Of a stretch of 55,752 nt of DNA, positions 1 through 10,533 are shown in pieces. Source of the DNA: Actinomycetes bacterium (lineage in GTDB: Bacteria; Actinomycetota; Acidimicrobiia; Acidimicrobiales; Bog-793); the NCBI GenBank assembly GCA_021791795.1, contig JAJYVX010000003.1, positions 1 through 55,752 of the forward strand, given 5' to 3'. A model generated the notes under the pieces. The model ran no database searches. It was not told the DNA's origin and saw nothing but the letters and a program-made list of their open reading frames with translations. Each line of letters opens with the position of its first letter. Positions within the stretch are counted from its first letter, which is position 1. The position numbers and the translations under genes were made by a program.

Positions 1-1
1 C

Positions 2-1060
2 TCTGCCACCGAGAGCACCCTTCACCGGCTTCTCCTGGTCGAGGCCGCAGTCACGGGAGCCGCCCTCGTCGTCGCCGCCCTTCTCGGCTGGTGGCTCGTC
101 GGACTGTCCATGCGACCGCTCGTCGAGGTGGAAGAGACAGCCGAGGCGATCAAGGAGGGAGACCTCGGCGCGCGGGTGCCCGAACCGAGGAGCGCGTCGA
201 CCGAGATCGGCCGTCTCACCCGGGTGCTCAACTCCATGCTCGGGCGGATCGAGGCGGCTTTCGCCGAGCGGGACAGGACGGAGGGCGAACTGGTGCGCTC
301 GGAGGAGCGCATGCGCAAATTCCTCTCCGACGCGTCGCACGAGCTGCGCACGCCGCTCGCCGCGGTGTCCGCCTACGCCGAGCTCTTTGAGCGCTCCCAG
401 GCCCAGCATCCCGAGGATCTTCCCCGCATGCTCGAGGGCATCCGCGTCGAGGCCGACCGGATGGGCAGGCTCGTGTCCGACCTGCTGCTCCTCGCCAGCC
501 TCGACGAGGGACGCCCGGTCGAGCACGAGGTGGTGGAGCTCGTCGGCCTCGCCTCCGAGGCGATCGTGACCCACAGGGCGCTCGGACCGGACTGGCCGGT
601 GTCGCTCCGCGCGGAGGACGCCGTCGAAGCGATCGGCGACGAAGGGCGTCTTCGGCAGGTGCTCGACAACCTCCTCGCGAACGTCCGCGCCTATACGCCT
701 GCAGGCACCGCGACCGAGGTGACGGTGCGATACGTCGAGGACGGCACGAAAGGCGCCGACCAGCCGTTCCGGCTGCACCAACCCGAACGGCTCGCGGAGC
801 TCGCCGTTTCGGACCACGGCCCTGGTCTCGGTCCTGACGGCGCGCAGAGGGTCTTCGAGCGGTTCTTCCGCTCCGACGAGTCGCGCTCGCGCTCGAGAGG
901 CGGCTCGGGGCTCGGGCTCGCGATCGTTCGGGCGATCGTCGAGGCGCACGGGGGGACTGTCACCGCATCGCCCACAGACGGGGGCGGCGCGACGTTCACG
1001 GTCCGGCTGCCGGCCGCGGCGAGGGACACGGACGACTCTCCCGACTCGGCGGCTGACTAG
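2..1060 (+). CDS. Sensor histidine kinase (HAMP-HisKA-HATPase), 5' end outside the window
   Basis: The frame is open from the window edge (hydrophobic TM segment LLVEAAVTGAALVVAALLGWWLV, then HAMP-like RPLVEVEETAEAIKEGDLGARV). H-box SHELRTPL and G-box GGSGLGLAIV are present. The ATG at 110 in the ORF track is internal. Confidence 0.9.
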   Translation, partial: SATESTLHRLLLVEAAVTGAALVVAALLGWWLVGLSMRPLVEVEETAEAIKEGDLGARVPEPRSASTEIGRLTRVLNSMLGRIEAAFAERDRTEGELVRSEERMRKFLSDASHELRTPLAAVSAYAELFERSQAQHPEDLPRMLEGIRVEADRMGRLVSDLLLLASLDEGRPVEHEVVELVGLASEAIVTHRALGPDWPVSLRAEDAVEAIGDEGRLRQVLDNLLANVRAYTPAGTATEVTVRYVEDGTKGADQPFRLHQPERLAELAVSDHGPGLGPDGAQRVFERFFRSDESRSRSRGGSGLGLAIVRAIVEAHGGTVTASPTDGGGATFTVRLPAAARDTDDSPDSAAD

Positions 1061-1085
1061 CGTCTTTGTTAGAGGGAGGCCTGGC

Positions 1086-3014
<1,929 letters not shown>

Positions 3015-3043
3015 TGTAGCCACCGGGGAAAAGGGGGGAATAC

Positions 3044-4159
3044 ATGAGTGGCGTGCGACTCCTGGTCGGGACCCGAAAGGGCGCGTTCGTGCTCACCGCC
3101 GACGGCACACGGAAGGACTGGACGATCGACGGTCCGTTCTTCGGCGGCTGGGAGATCTACCACCTGAAGGGCTCCCCCGCCGAACCCGACAGGATCTGGG
3201 CCTCCCAGTCGACCGGCTGGTTCGGCCAGCTCGTGCAGCGCTCGGACGACGGGGGAAGGACGTGGAGCCCGGTCGGGAACGAGTTCGCCTACGACGGGGT
3301 GCCTGGCACGCACCAGTGGTATGACGGCACGCCACACCCGTGGGAGTTCGCCCGGGTATGGCACTTCGAGCCCTCCTCCTCCGACCCCGACACCGTCTTC
3401 GCCGGGGTCGAGGACGCGGCGCTTTTCAAGTCCGTCGACGGGGGGAAGAGCTGGCAGGAGCTCTCGGGACTGCGCGAGCACGGCTCGGGCCCCCACTGGC
3501 AACCGGGTGCCGGCGGCATGTGCACCCACACCGTCCTGCTCGACCCGGACGGCGGGCCCCGCATGTTCGTCGCCATCTCCGCCGCCGGGGTCTTCCGGAG
3601 CGACGACGACGGGACGACGTGGCGGCCGGCCAACAAGGGCCTGCGCTCGGCGCAGCTGCCCGACGAGGACCGCGAGGTCGGCCACTGCGTCCACCATCTG
3701 GCGCGTCATCCCTCCGCGCCGGACACGATCTTCATGCAGAAACACTGGGACGTCATGCGCAGCGACGACGGAGGCGACTCCTGGACCGAGGTGAGCGGTG
3801 ATCTGCCGACCGACTTCGGCTTCGCCATCGACGTTCACTCCCACGAGCCCGAGACCGTCTATGTCGTCCCGATCAAGAGCGACTCGGAGCACTACCCACC
3901 GGAAGGGAAGCTGCGCGTTTACCGCAGTCGGACGGGCGGCAACGAGTGGGAAGCCTTGACCAACGGTTTGCCGCAGAGCGATTGCTACGTGAACGTGCTG
4001 CGCGATGCGATGGCCATCGATTCGCTCGACTCGTGTGGGGTGTACTTCGGAACCACCGGTGGCCAGGTGTACGCCTCGTCCGACGCGGGCGACACATGGA
4101 CAGCCCTGGCCCGCGACCTTCCGGCCGTCTGCTCGGTCGAGGTGCAGACCTTGCCATGA
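3044..4159 (+). CDS. BNR/Asp-box repeat beta-propeller protein (sialidase-like fold, function unknown)
   Basis: Five Asp-box-like motifs ([39 protein letters not shown]). G-rich RBS before the ATG at 3044. Confidence 0.8.
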   Translation: MSGVRLLVGTRKGAFVLTADGTRKDWTIDGPFFGGWEIYHLKGSPAEPDRIWASQSTGWFGQLVQRSDDGGRTWSPVGNEFAYDGVPGTHQWYDGTPHPWEFARVWHFEPSSSDPDTVFAGVEDAALFKSVDGGKSWQELSGLREHGSGPHWQPGAGGMCTHTVLLDPDGGPRMFVAISAAGVFRSDDDGTTWRPANKGLRSAQLPDEDREVGHCVHHLARHPSAPDTIFMQKHWDVMRSDDGGDSWTEVSGDLPTDFGFAIDVHSHEPETVYVVPIKSDSEHYPPEGKLRVYRSRTGGNEWEALTNGLPQSDCYVNVLRDAMAIDSLDSCGVYFGTTGGQVYASSDAGDTWTALARDLPAVCSVEVQTLP

Positions 4160-4452
4160 TCCGGGTGGTCCTCCCCGCCCACCTGAAGGTCCTGGCGGGC
4201 GTGAGCGGCGAGGTGGAGCTCGAGGTGGCACCGCCGGTGACCACCCGGGCGGTGCTCGACGAGCTCGAAGCGCGCTACCCGGTCCTGCGCGGGACGATCA
4301 GAGACCACGCCTCCTCGAAGCGCAGGGCATTCGTGCGGTTCTTCGCCTGCAAGCAAGACCTGTCGCAGGACTCGCCGGACGACCCTCTCCCCGAGGCCGT
4401 GCGCAGCGGATCTGAACCCTTCATCGTGCTCGGGGCGATGGCCGGAGGCTGA
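4156..4452 (+). CDS. MoaD/ThiS-family ubiquitin-like beta-grasp protein with C-terminal Gly-Gly
   Basis: Internal ATG at 4156 overlaps the upstream stop as ATGA (4156-4159). The 98-aa product [15 protein letters not shown]...[10 protein letters not shown] has the size, N-terminal beta-strand pattern and terminal GG typical of the family. Confidence 0.75.
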   Translation: MIRVVLPAHLKVLAGVSGEVELEVAPPVTTRAVLDELEARYPVLRGTIRDHASSKRRAFVRFFACKQDLSQDSPDDPLPEAVRSGSEPFIVLGAMAGG

Positions 4453-5103
4453 GACCGGGACCGTGCCCTCCGGAGTACCCTGCGGGATTGACCTGTACGA
4501 GCGGCTGCATCGGCGCGCTGCCGTGTGTCGCCCTGCCTGCGGAGAAGCGCTGCTTCATGCGCAGCGCCGGCGATTCGACGAAGCGCCAGGAGAGCTCCGC
4601 CGCAGCGCAGCTCGCCGCGAAGGCCACGGCGACCCCGACGTCGCCGAGGTCGTTGAACCAGGTGAGGAAGAGGTAATGCCAGAGGTAGAGGGCATACGAG
4701 CGCTTGCCGACGTAGATCGCGACACGATGGGTGAGCACCCTGTGGGCGAGACCGCCGGTCTGCTGCACCATCGTCACGACGAGGAGCGGGCCCGCGACCG
4801 TCGCAACCACCCATGCGACGGCGAACTGCCTGATCGAGTGGGGGTACACGAGAGACCTCGAGACCACGACAAGGGCGACCATGCAACCTGCGGCGAGGCC
4901 GTACCGAGCGAGCGGTGCCTGAGGAAGCCGAGCGCTCCTCTCTTCCACGAGAGGGCGAAGGCCGCTCCGACGAGGAAGGCACCCGCCCTGCAATCGGTGC
5001 CCATGTAGTTCCAGTTGATCTCTCCGACCTGCTGTAGGTAGACGGTGCCTCCGACCGATGCCGCAGCGAGCGCGACCATGACGGGTACGGCGATGCGCCG
5101 CAC
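4421..5103 (-). pseudogene. Acyltransferase family 3 remnant, frameshifted and N-terminally truncated
   Basis: Two overlapping minus-strand ORFs in different frames each carry part of the family. 4774-5103 gives AVPVMVALAAASVGG...YMGTDCRAGAFLVGAAFALSWKRG. 4421-about 4925 gives LARYGLAAGCMVALVVV...VAIYVGKRSYALYLWHYLFL...ELSWRFVESPALRMKQRF. The frame switch lies at about 4918-4941. The roughly 100+ aa N-terminal part expected for this family has no room before the aldo/keto reductase gene at 5172. Confidence 0.6.
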
Positions 5104-5171
5104 GGCGTGCGACCGACCGCTCGGGTGGCCCTGCGCACCGATACGGTCGATGGCGGAGAAGGAGGCTAGCC

Positions 5172-6158
5172 ATGCGCTACGTAGAGGCGGCGGGCGCTCG
5201 GATCTCCGTGATCGGCGTCGGAGCTTGGCAATTCGGGGCCCGGGAGTGGGGCTACGGCGAGGAGTACTCGACCGAGGTCGCTCCGGCGATCATCGAGCGG
5301 GCTCTCGATCTCGGCATCAATCTCGTGGACACGGCGGAGATGTACGGGTTCGGCCGCTCCGAGAGGATCGTCGGCGAGGCGATCCGTGGCCGGCGGGACG
5401 ATGTGTTTCTCGCCACCAAACTGCTCCCCCTCCTCCCGCTCACCCCCGTCGTGGAGTGGCGGGCGTTCGAGAGCGTCGCCCGCCTCGGCGTGAGCCACAT
5501 CGACCTCTACCAGATCCACTGGCCCAATCCCGTCTTCAGGGTCGGCACGCCGATGAGGGCGATGGGCAAGCTCCTGCAGGTCGGACTCTGCCGTCACGCC
5601 GGAGTGAGCAACTTCTCGCTCGAGCAGTGGCAGGAAGCAGAGCGTGCGCTCGGAGCGCCGGTTCTCTCCAACCAGGTGCAGTACAGCCTTGCGGTGCGCC
5701 GGCGCGGGGACGATCTCGTCGGTTGGGCTGCCTCTCACGATCGGGTAGTCATCGCCTACAGCCCGCTCGCGCAGGGTCTTCTCGCCGGCCGCTACGACCG
5801 GGACAACCCGCCTCGCAACAACGTCCGGCGCGGGAACGCTCTCTTCCTGCCGGAGAACCTGGACCGGGCGTCCGAACTGCTCGGTGCCGTCCGTGCGGTG
5901 GCGGCCGAGCACGACGCGACGCCGGCGCAGGTGGCCCTCGCCTGGCTGATCCGGCGACCCAACGTCGTCGTCATCCCGGGCGCGAGCAGCGTGGCACAGC
6001 TCGAGGCGAACGCCGCCGCCGCCGACCTCGAGTTGTCCGACGAGGAGGACCGCCGGCTGAGCGAGGCGAGCTCGCGCTTCGAGCCGGTGACGGGGCCGAA
6101 GGCCATGGCCGGCATGGCAAGACGGATCCCCACCGGTCGGCCGGGCGGCCGGCACTGA
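5172..6158 (+). CDS. Aldo/keto reductase
   Basis: GVGAWQFG, DTAEMYG and IDLYQIHWPNP motifs, length 328 aa. GGAGAAGGAGG RBS upstream. Confidence 0.9.
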   Translation: MRYVEAAGARISVIGVGAWQFGAREWGYGEEYSTEVAPAIIERALDLGINLVDTAEMYGFGRSERIVGEAIRGRRDDVFLATKLLPLLPLTPVVEWRAFESVARLGVSHIDLYQIHWPNPVFRVGTPMRAMGKLLQVGLCRHAGVSNFSLEQWQEAERALGAPVLSNQVQYSLAVRRRGDDLVGWAASHDRVVIAYSPLAQGLLAGRYDRDNPPRNNVRRGNALFLPENLDRASELLGAVRAVAAEHDATPAQVALAWLIRRPNVVVIPGASSVAQLEANAAAADLELSDEEDRRLSEASSRFEPVTGPKAMAGMARRIPTGRPGGRH

Positions 6159-6171
6159 CTGGCGGCGTGAC

Positions 6172-7641
6172 CTAGAGCGAGGCTCGAATCGGCCGACCGG
6201 GCCGAACCTCGAGGTCGAGACGGCCGTCCCCCACCACCGCGACGCCGTCGACGAACACGTGGCGGATCCCTCGCGACACCCGCGTCGTGCAGCCGATGTC
6301 TGCCCGGTCCGTCACCTCTACGGGGTCGAAGACGACGAGGTCGGCGTCGCAGCCGATCTGCACACGGCCCTTCTTTGCCATGTCGGGGCAGCATCCTTCG
6401 AGCACCCGTGCGGGGTACAGGCTGCAGCGTGCAAGCGTCTCGGCAAGAGGAAGGCCGTCCTCGCGCGCCAGGCGGAGTGCCCGCGAGTAGCAGCCGGCGG
6501 TCCGGGGATGGACGACGGCGGTCCCGCCGATCGGCCACGCCTCCTCGCTGAAATCGTCGGAGAGCGGCACGAGCGGCATGGCGTCGCTCGCGACGATCGC
6601 ATCTCCGGTCGTGAGAGACCGCCGCAGAGTCGCCCGGTCGGCAGCATCCTGCTCGTCGAGGAAATCCATGAAGACGAGGCCCGCCGGGTCTGAACGTCGC
6701 AGGCGCTCGAGCCTGGCCACGTCAGCCACTCGTTCGCCCGTCGGAAGATAGATGAGAGCGCTCGGCTCGAGGCCGTATGCGGCGAGACCCTCCGGCGAGA
6801 GGAAAGCCGCGCCGATCACGGTCGAGGCATAGCCGTAGGGATACGCCTCGTAGGTGACACGCCCGCCCTCTCTCCTGCACCTGTCCACGAGGCCGAGGAT
6901 CCGGTCCACATACCGGCCGGCGGTACTGTTCACGTGGCAGTAGTGGGCATGCACGCCGGTCTCGGCGGCCGCCCTCACGACCTCTGCCGGACCGTCGACG
7001 AGCGTCGCCGGGTGGGTCTCGATCAGCTCCCTCGAGTGCGTGAACGTCGGCACGCCGCTCGATGCTGCGAGACGGGACACGGCGAGGTACTCGCCCGGGT
7101 CGACTTCCGGCGCATAGCCGAGCAGGAAGCCGACGCCGACGGCGCCGACGGCGAGCTCTCCTTCGAGGAAGGCGAGCATCGCACCGACCTGCGCCGGCGT
7201 GGCGGTGCCCCGCCATCCCGTCTCTCCGAGCATGCGCAGCTCCGTGGACGGCTCCCCGTCCAGTTCGACCGTGCCGAGAGCCGCACCGCGAGCGAGCGCC
7301 CAGGACGCCGAGTAGCCGTAATGGATCGGCGAGCCTTGGGCGGCGTCGCGGTCGTAGGCATGTGCGACGGGCGCGCGGCCGGCCTCGAGGTCGAGCGCGC
7401 TCGTCACCCCGTCGCATGCACGGAGCCGGCGGCCGGCGAGGGACTGGGCGTGGCTGTGAAGATCGACGAAACCCGCGGCCACGACCAATCCAGCCGCCTC
7501 TACCACTCTCGCCCCACTGAGCTCACGCTCGGACACTGCGGCGATCGAGCGACCGGCGATGCCGACGTGGCGGACGGCATCGAGGCCCGTCTCGGGGTCG
7601 ACGACGACTCCGTTGCGAATCACGAGGTCGAACTCGGGCAC
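6172..7641 (-). CDS. D-aminoacylase-type metal-dependent amidohydrolase (N-acyl-D-amino-acid deacylase family)
   Basis: N-terminus DLVIRNGVVVDPETG...GFVDLHSH is typical of the amidohydrolase superfamily. 489 aa. Confidence 0.8.
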   Translation of the reverse strand: MPEFDLVIRNGVVVDPETGLDAVRHVGIAGRSIAAVSERELSGARVVEAAGLVVAAGFVDLHSHAQSLAGRRLRACDGVTSALDLEAGRAPVAHAYDRDAAQGSPIHYGYSASWALARGAALGTVELDGEPSTELRMLGETGWRGTATPAQVGAMLAFLEGELAVGAVGVGFLLGYAPEVDPGEYLAVSRLAASSGVPTFTHSRELIETHPATLVDGPAEVVRAAAETGVHAHYCHVNSTAGRYVDRILGLVDRCRREGGRVTYEAYPYGYASTVIGAAFLSPEGLAAYGLEPSALIYLPTGERVADVARLERLRRSDPAGLVFMDFLDEQDAADRATLRRSLTTGDAIVASDAMPLVPLSDDFSEEAWPIGGTAVVHPRTAGCYSRALRLAREDGLPLAETLARCSLYPARVLEGCCPDMAKKGRVQIGCDADLVVFDPVEVTDRADIGCTTRVSRGIRHVFVDGVAVVGDGRLDLEVRPGRPIRASL

Positions 7642-7712
7642 ACCACGACGCTAGACGCCGCCCGTCGTCGCCTTCCCGGCAGACGAGCCGCGCAAGGCAC
7701 ATCCGGCCTACG

Positions 7713-9137
7713 ATGCGGCGCCGTATGACAGACACCGCTCATCCCGGCGAGACGGGTTCGCCGCTTGCCCCGTTCGCCTCCGCTACGTGCATCGCCGCAG
7801 CCGTGCGCTCCGGCGAGGTGTCCGCCGCCGAGGTCGTGGCGGCGACGCTCGCCCGCATCGATGCCCTCGACGGAGCGCTCAACGCCTTCACGGTCGTGCT
7901 GGCAGAGCAGGCGCTCGAGAGAGCTCGGGGCCTCTCGGCCGAGGAGCTCTCCGCACCACTCGCCGGCGTGCCGGTCGCCGTGAAGGACCACGTCTGGATG
8001 GCCGGTGCCCCGGCCACGAACGGCTCGCGCGTGCTGAGGGACTTCGTGCCGCCGGAGGACAGCGGCGACATCGCCCGCCTGCGGGCGGCGGGAGCCGTCC
8101 TCGTCGGCAAGACGAACAACCCCGAGTTCTGCTACGTCGGGCACACACGCTCACCTGTCTACGGCACGACGAGGAACCCGTTCGACCTCGGGCGCACCCC
8201 CGGCGGTTCGAGCGGCGGCTCGGCGGCCGCGGTCTCTGCAGGGATGGTCCCGCTCGCCGTCGGGACCGACGGAGGGGGCTCGATCCGGGCTCCCTCCGCC
8301 TTCTGTGCGATCGTCGGGCACAAGCCGACGTTCGGGATCGTGCCGACACGGCCGGGCTTCGAGTGTTGGCCGACGTTGTCGGTCCACGGGCCGATGGGCC
8401 GGAGTGTGGAGGACGTCGCTCTCATGCTCGCCGTCATGGCCGGGCCGCACTCGGCGGACCCGGCCACCACGCCTGTCGACACCCGGGCTCTGGCGAGAGC
8501 GGCCGGATCGCGCGCGGATGTCCGGGGCCTCAGGATCTTCGTCAGCGAAGATCTCGGCCTTCTCGCACCCGATCCCGACGTGGGCGATCTCTTTGCAGAG
8601 GCCGTGGCCGTGCTCGAGGGGCTCGGCTGCGTGCTCGTCGACGCCCGGCTGCCGTCCATCGATCCGGTCGATCTCTGGTACCGCATCGCCGACGCCGAGA
8701 GCTACGGGTCTGAGGGCGGTTTCCTCACCGAAGCAGACCTGCTCACGGACTACAGCCTCGAAGTGCTCCGGCGGGGCGAAGCGATGTCCGCCGGCGACTA
8801 CCTCGAGGCGCAAGAGCTCCGCCGCTCGCTCGCCCGGGGCTGGGACGAGCTGTACGAGACGGTCGAGCTCGTGGTCCACCCCTCCGCTTCGGTCCCGCCG
8901 CTCCCACTCGAGGCTGCCGAAAACGGGGAGGACGAACGGACTTGGGGAAGCGACGCCGTCGCCAACCTCACGGGACAGCCGGCGATATCGCTCCCGTGCG
9001 GACTCACACCGCAAGGGCTTCCGGTCGGCATCCAGCTCCTCGGTCGCCGCTACGAGGACGCCAAGGTGCTGGCGGCGGCTCACGTCATCGCACAAGCTCT
9101 CCCGCGCCCGCTCCCTCCGCCTCCCTTCTGCCCATAG
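7713..9137 (+). CDS. Amidase (amidase-signature family)
   Basis: VAVKDH lysine motif and GGSSGGSAAAVSAG signature. 474 aa. An alternative ATG lies at 7725. Confidence 0.9.
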   Translation: MRRRMTDTAHPGETGSPLAPFASATCIAAAVRSGEVSAAEVVAATLARIDALDGALNAFTVVLAEQALERARGLSAEELSAPLAGVPVAVKDHVWMAGAPATNGSRVLRDFVPPEDSGDIARLRAAGAVLVGKTNNPEFCYVGHTRSPVYGTTRNPFDLGRTPGGSSGGSAAAVSAGMVPLAVGTDGGGSIRAPSAFCAIVGHKPTFGIVPTRPGFECWPTLSVHGPMGRSVEDVALMLAVMAGPHSADPATTPVDTRALARAAGSRADVRGLRIFVSEDLGLLAPDPDVGDLFAEAVAVLEGLGCVLVDARLPSIDPVDLWYRIADAESYGSEGGFLTEADLLTDYSLEVLRRGEAMSAGDYLEAQELRRSLARGWDELYETVELVVHPSASVPPLPLEAAENGEDERTWGSDAVANLTGQPAISLPCGLTPQGLPVGIQLLGRRYEDAKVLAAAHVIAQALPRPLPPPPFCP

Positions 9138-9179
9138 TCGGTTCCCTGCGACGCGCACACCCGAGGCGTAGTGTTGCGC

Positions 9180-9632
9180 ATGCTCGCCGAAGGCACGGTT
9201 GCCCCTCCGTTCACGCTTGTCGATCAACACGGAAGAGATGTCAGTCTCGACGACTACAACGGCCGCTCTCTCATCTTCTGGTGGTACCCGAAGGCGTCGA
9301 CTCCCGGCTGAACGACGCAGGGACTGGGCCTGCGTGACAGGTCCGAGAGCTTCGAGGCGGCGGACTGCGCCATCGTCGGCGCCTCCTTCGACACGGTCGA
9401 GGAGAACCGGGAGTTCGCCGAAGCACAGGGATTCGGTTACCCGCTCCTGTCGGATCCAGACAAATCCGTCGGCCGGAGCTACGAGGTCGTCGCCCCGGAG
9501 GATTCCGAGTGGGCCGACTACGCGATGCGCATCGCCTATCTGATCGGTCCCGACGGCAGGATCCAGAGGTCGTACAGGGTGAGCGACGTGGCAGGCTTTG
9601 CTGCGGCCGTGCTTGCCGACCTCGAAGCCTGA
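9180..9632 (+). CDS. bcp: Bcp/PrxQ-type peroxiredoxin with in-frame TGA (9309-9311) at the peroxidatic Cys position; candidate selenoprotein
   Basis: Manual translation gives MLAEGTVAPPFTLVDQHGRDVSLDDYNGRSLIFWWYPKASTPG-TGA-TTQGLGLRDRSESFEAADCAIVGASFDTVEENREFAEAQGFGYPLLSDPDKSVGRSYEVV...RIAYLIGPDGRIQRSY...LEA. The frame stays open for 107 codons after the TGA. The YPKA-TPG-[C]-T motif is the Bcp active site. Not in the ORF track because the TGA splits it. Confidence 0.75.
9312..9344 (+). promoter_or_regulatory. Candidate bacterial SECIS stem-loop directly downstream of the in-frame UGA
   Basis: Perfect 7-bp stem ACGCAGG (9315-9321) / CCTGCGT (9329-9335) with loop GACTGGG. A mutually exclusive alternative pairs GGACUG (9321-9326) with CAGGUCC (9338-9344), with one bulged G and an 11-nt loop beginning GG, 16 nt after the UGA. 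Confidence 0.5.
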
Positions 9633-9687
9633 GCAGGCCGGCGGGGCCTTGGCGTCCGTGAACTGGCGGTCCTCCTAGACTCTGCCG

Positions 9688-10419
9688 ATGACCAAGCGGA
9701 CCCGCATCGCGAACGGCGCCTCAGCCACCAAGGCCGTTGCCGCGAACGGCGGCGCCGCCACCGGCGCAGGTGCACCGCACGGGCGGCTAAGTCCTGGAGA
9801 CGGCTCTTTCGCGAGGGACGGCAACAACCGGACAGACATGATCGACGCCGGCGTCGGATGGGTCATTGCCCGCCGAGTGCGCGAATACCGCGCCCAACTC
9901 GGGCTCACCATCGACCAGCTCTCCGAGCGTGCGGGCATCTCGAAGGGAATGCTCTCGAAGATCGAGAACGCTCGGGCCTCGCCGAGCCTCGGCACCCTCG
10001 TAAGGCTGGCATCGGCCATGTCCGTGCCCCTCACAGCACTGTTCCGGGGTCTCGAGGAGGAGCACGACGCGCTCTTCGTTCGCGCCGGCCAGGGAACCGA
10101 GATCGTCCGGAAGGGCACGAGGGTGGGGCACCGTTACCAGATGCTCGGCGAGATGCGGGGACCCAACAAGGTCGTAGAACCGATGCTCGTGACCCTCAAC
10201 GAGCACAGCGAGGTCTTCCCGCTCTTCCAGCACCCCGGCATCGAGTTCCTCTACATGTTGAAAGGTGTCGTGGAGTACGGGCACGGCGCCGGACGGTACG
10301 TGCTCCGTCCGGGGGACGCCCTCCAGTTCTCCGGCGACGTCGCGCACGGACCGACGAAGCTGGTCAAGCTGCCGATCCAGTTCCTCTCCGTCATCGCCTA
10401 CGGCAGCCCGCGCAGCTGA
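9688..10419 (+). CDS. XRE-family transcriptional regulator with C-terminal cupin domain
   Basis: HTH_3 segment LGLTIDQLSERAGISKGMLSKIENARASPSLGTLVRLASAM, and a C-terminal cupin (GIEFLYMLKGVVEYGHG...GDALQF). The N-terminal 50 aa is low complexity. An alternative ATG lies at 9838. Confidence 0.85.
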   Translation: MTKRTRIANGASATKAVAANGGAATGAGAPHGRLSPGDGSFARDGNNRTDMIDAGVGWVIARRVREYRAQLGLTIDQLSERAGISKGMLSKIENARASPSLGTLVRLASAMSVPLTALFRGLEEEHDALFVRAGQGTEIVRKGTRVGHRYQMLGEMRGPNKVVEPMLVTLNEHSEVFPLFQHPGIEFLYMLKGVVEYGHGAGRYVLRPGDALQFSGDVAHGPTKLVKLPIQFLSVIAYGSPRS

Positions 10420-10470
10420 GGTTGTCCCGGCTCCTCAGAAGTCCAGCCTGCCGGCTGTGTTCACCGTGAG

Positions 10471-10499
10471 TGGACCTTGTTTCCTTGTCATGCTAGTTT
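10471..10499 (+). promoter_or_regulatory. Candidate sigma-70-type promoter for the soxBDAG-like operon
   Basis: TGGACC (10471-10476), 17-nt spacer, TAGTTT (10494-10499, fits TANNNT), in a locally AT-richer patch about 30 nt upstream of the GTG start. Confidence 0.25.
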
Positions 10500-10533
10500 C
10501 GCCGGACAGAGGCGAGCACGAGGGAGGCCAGTG

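Noticed and set aside
9309-9311. The TGA in the peroxiredoxin as a simple inactivating nonsense mutation (pseudogene).
   Set aside because: Not fully excluded, but disfavoured. The stop falls exactly on the catalytic Cys codon, no other lesion is present across 150 codons, and a stable hairpin follows immediately. It is kept as a selenoprotein candidate with stated refutation criteria.
9199-9543. 114-aa plus-strand ORF from the track covering the amidase-to-XRE gap.
   Set aside because: Wrong frame: the product is a Ser/Arg/Thr-rich low-complexity sequence. The frame starting at 9180 gives a full peroxiredoxin once the TGA at 9309 is read through.
9634-9650. Small hairpin (AGGCC-ggcgg-GGCCT) after the peroxiredoxin stop, and CTGAGG/CCTCAG (10416-10438) after the XRE gene, considered as terminators.
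   Set aside because: The stems are only 5-6 bp with no U-tract. This is too weak to call.
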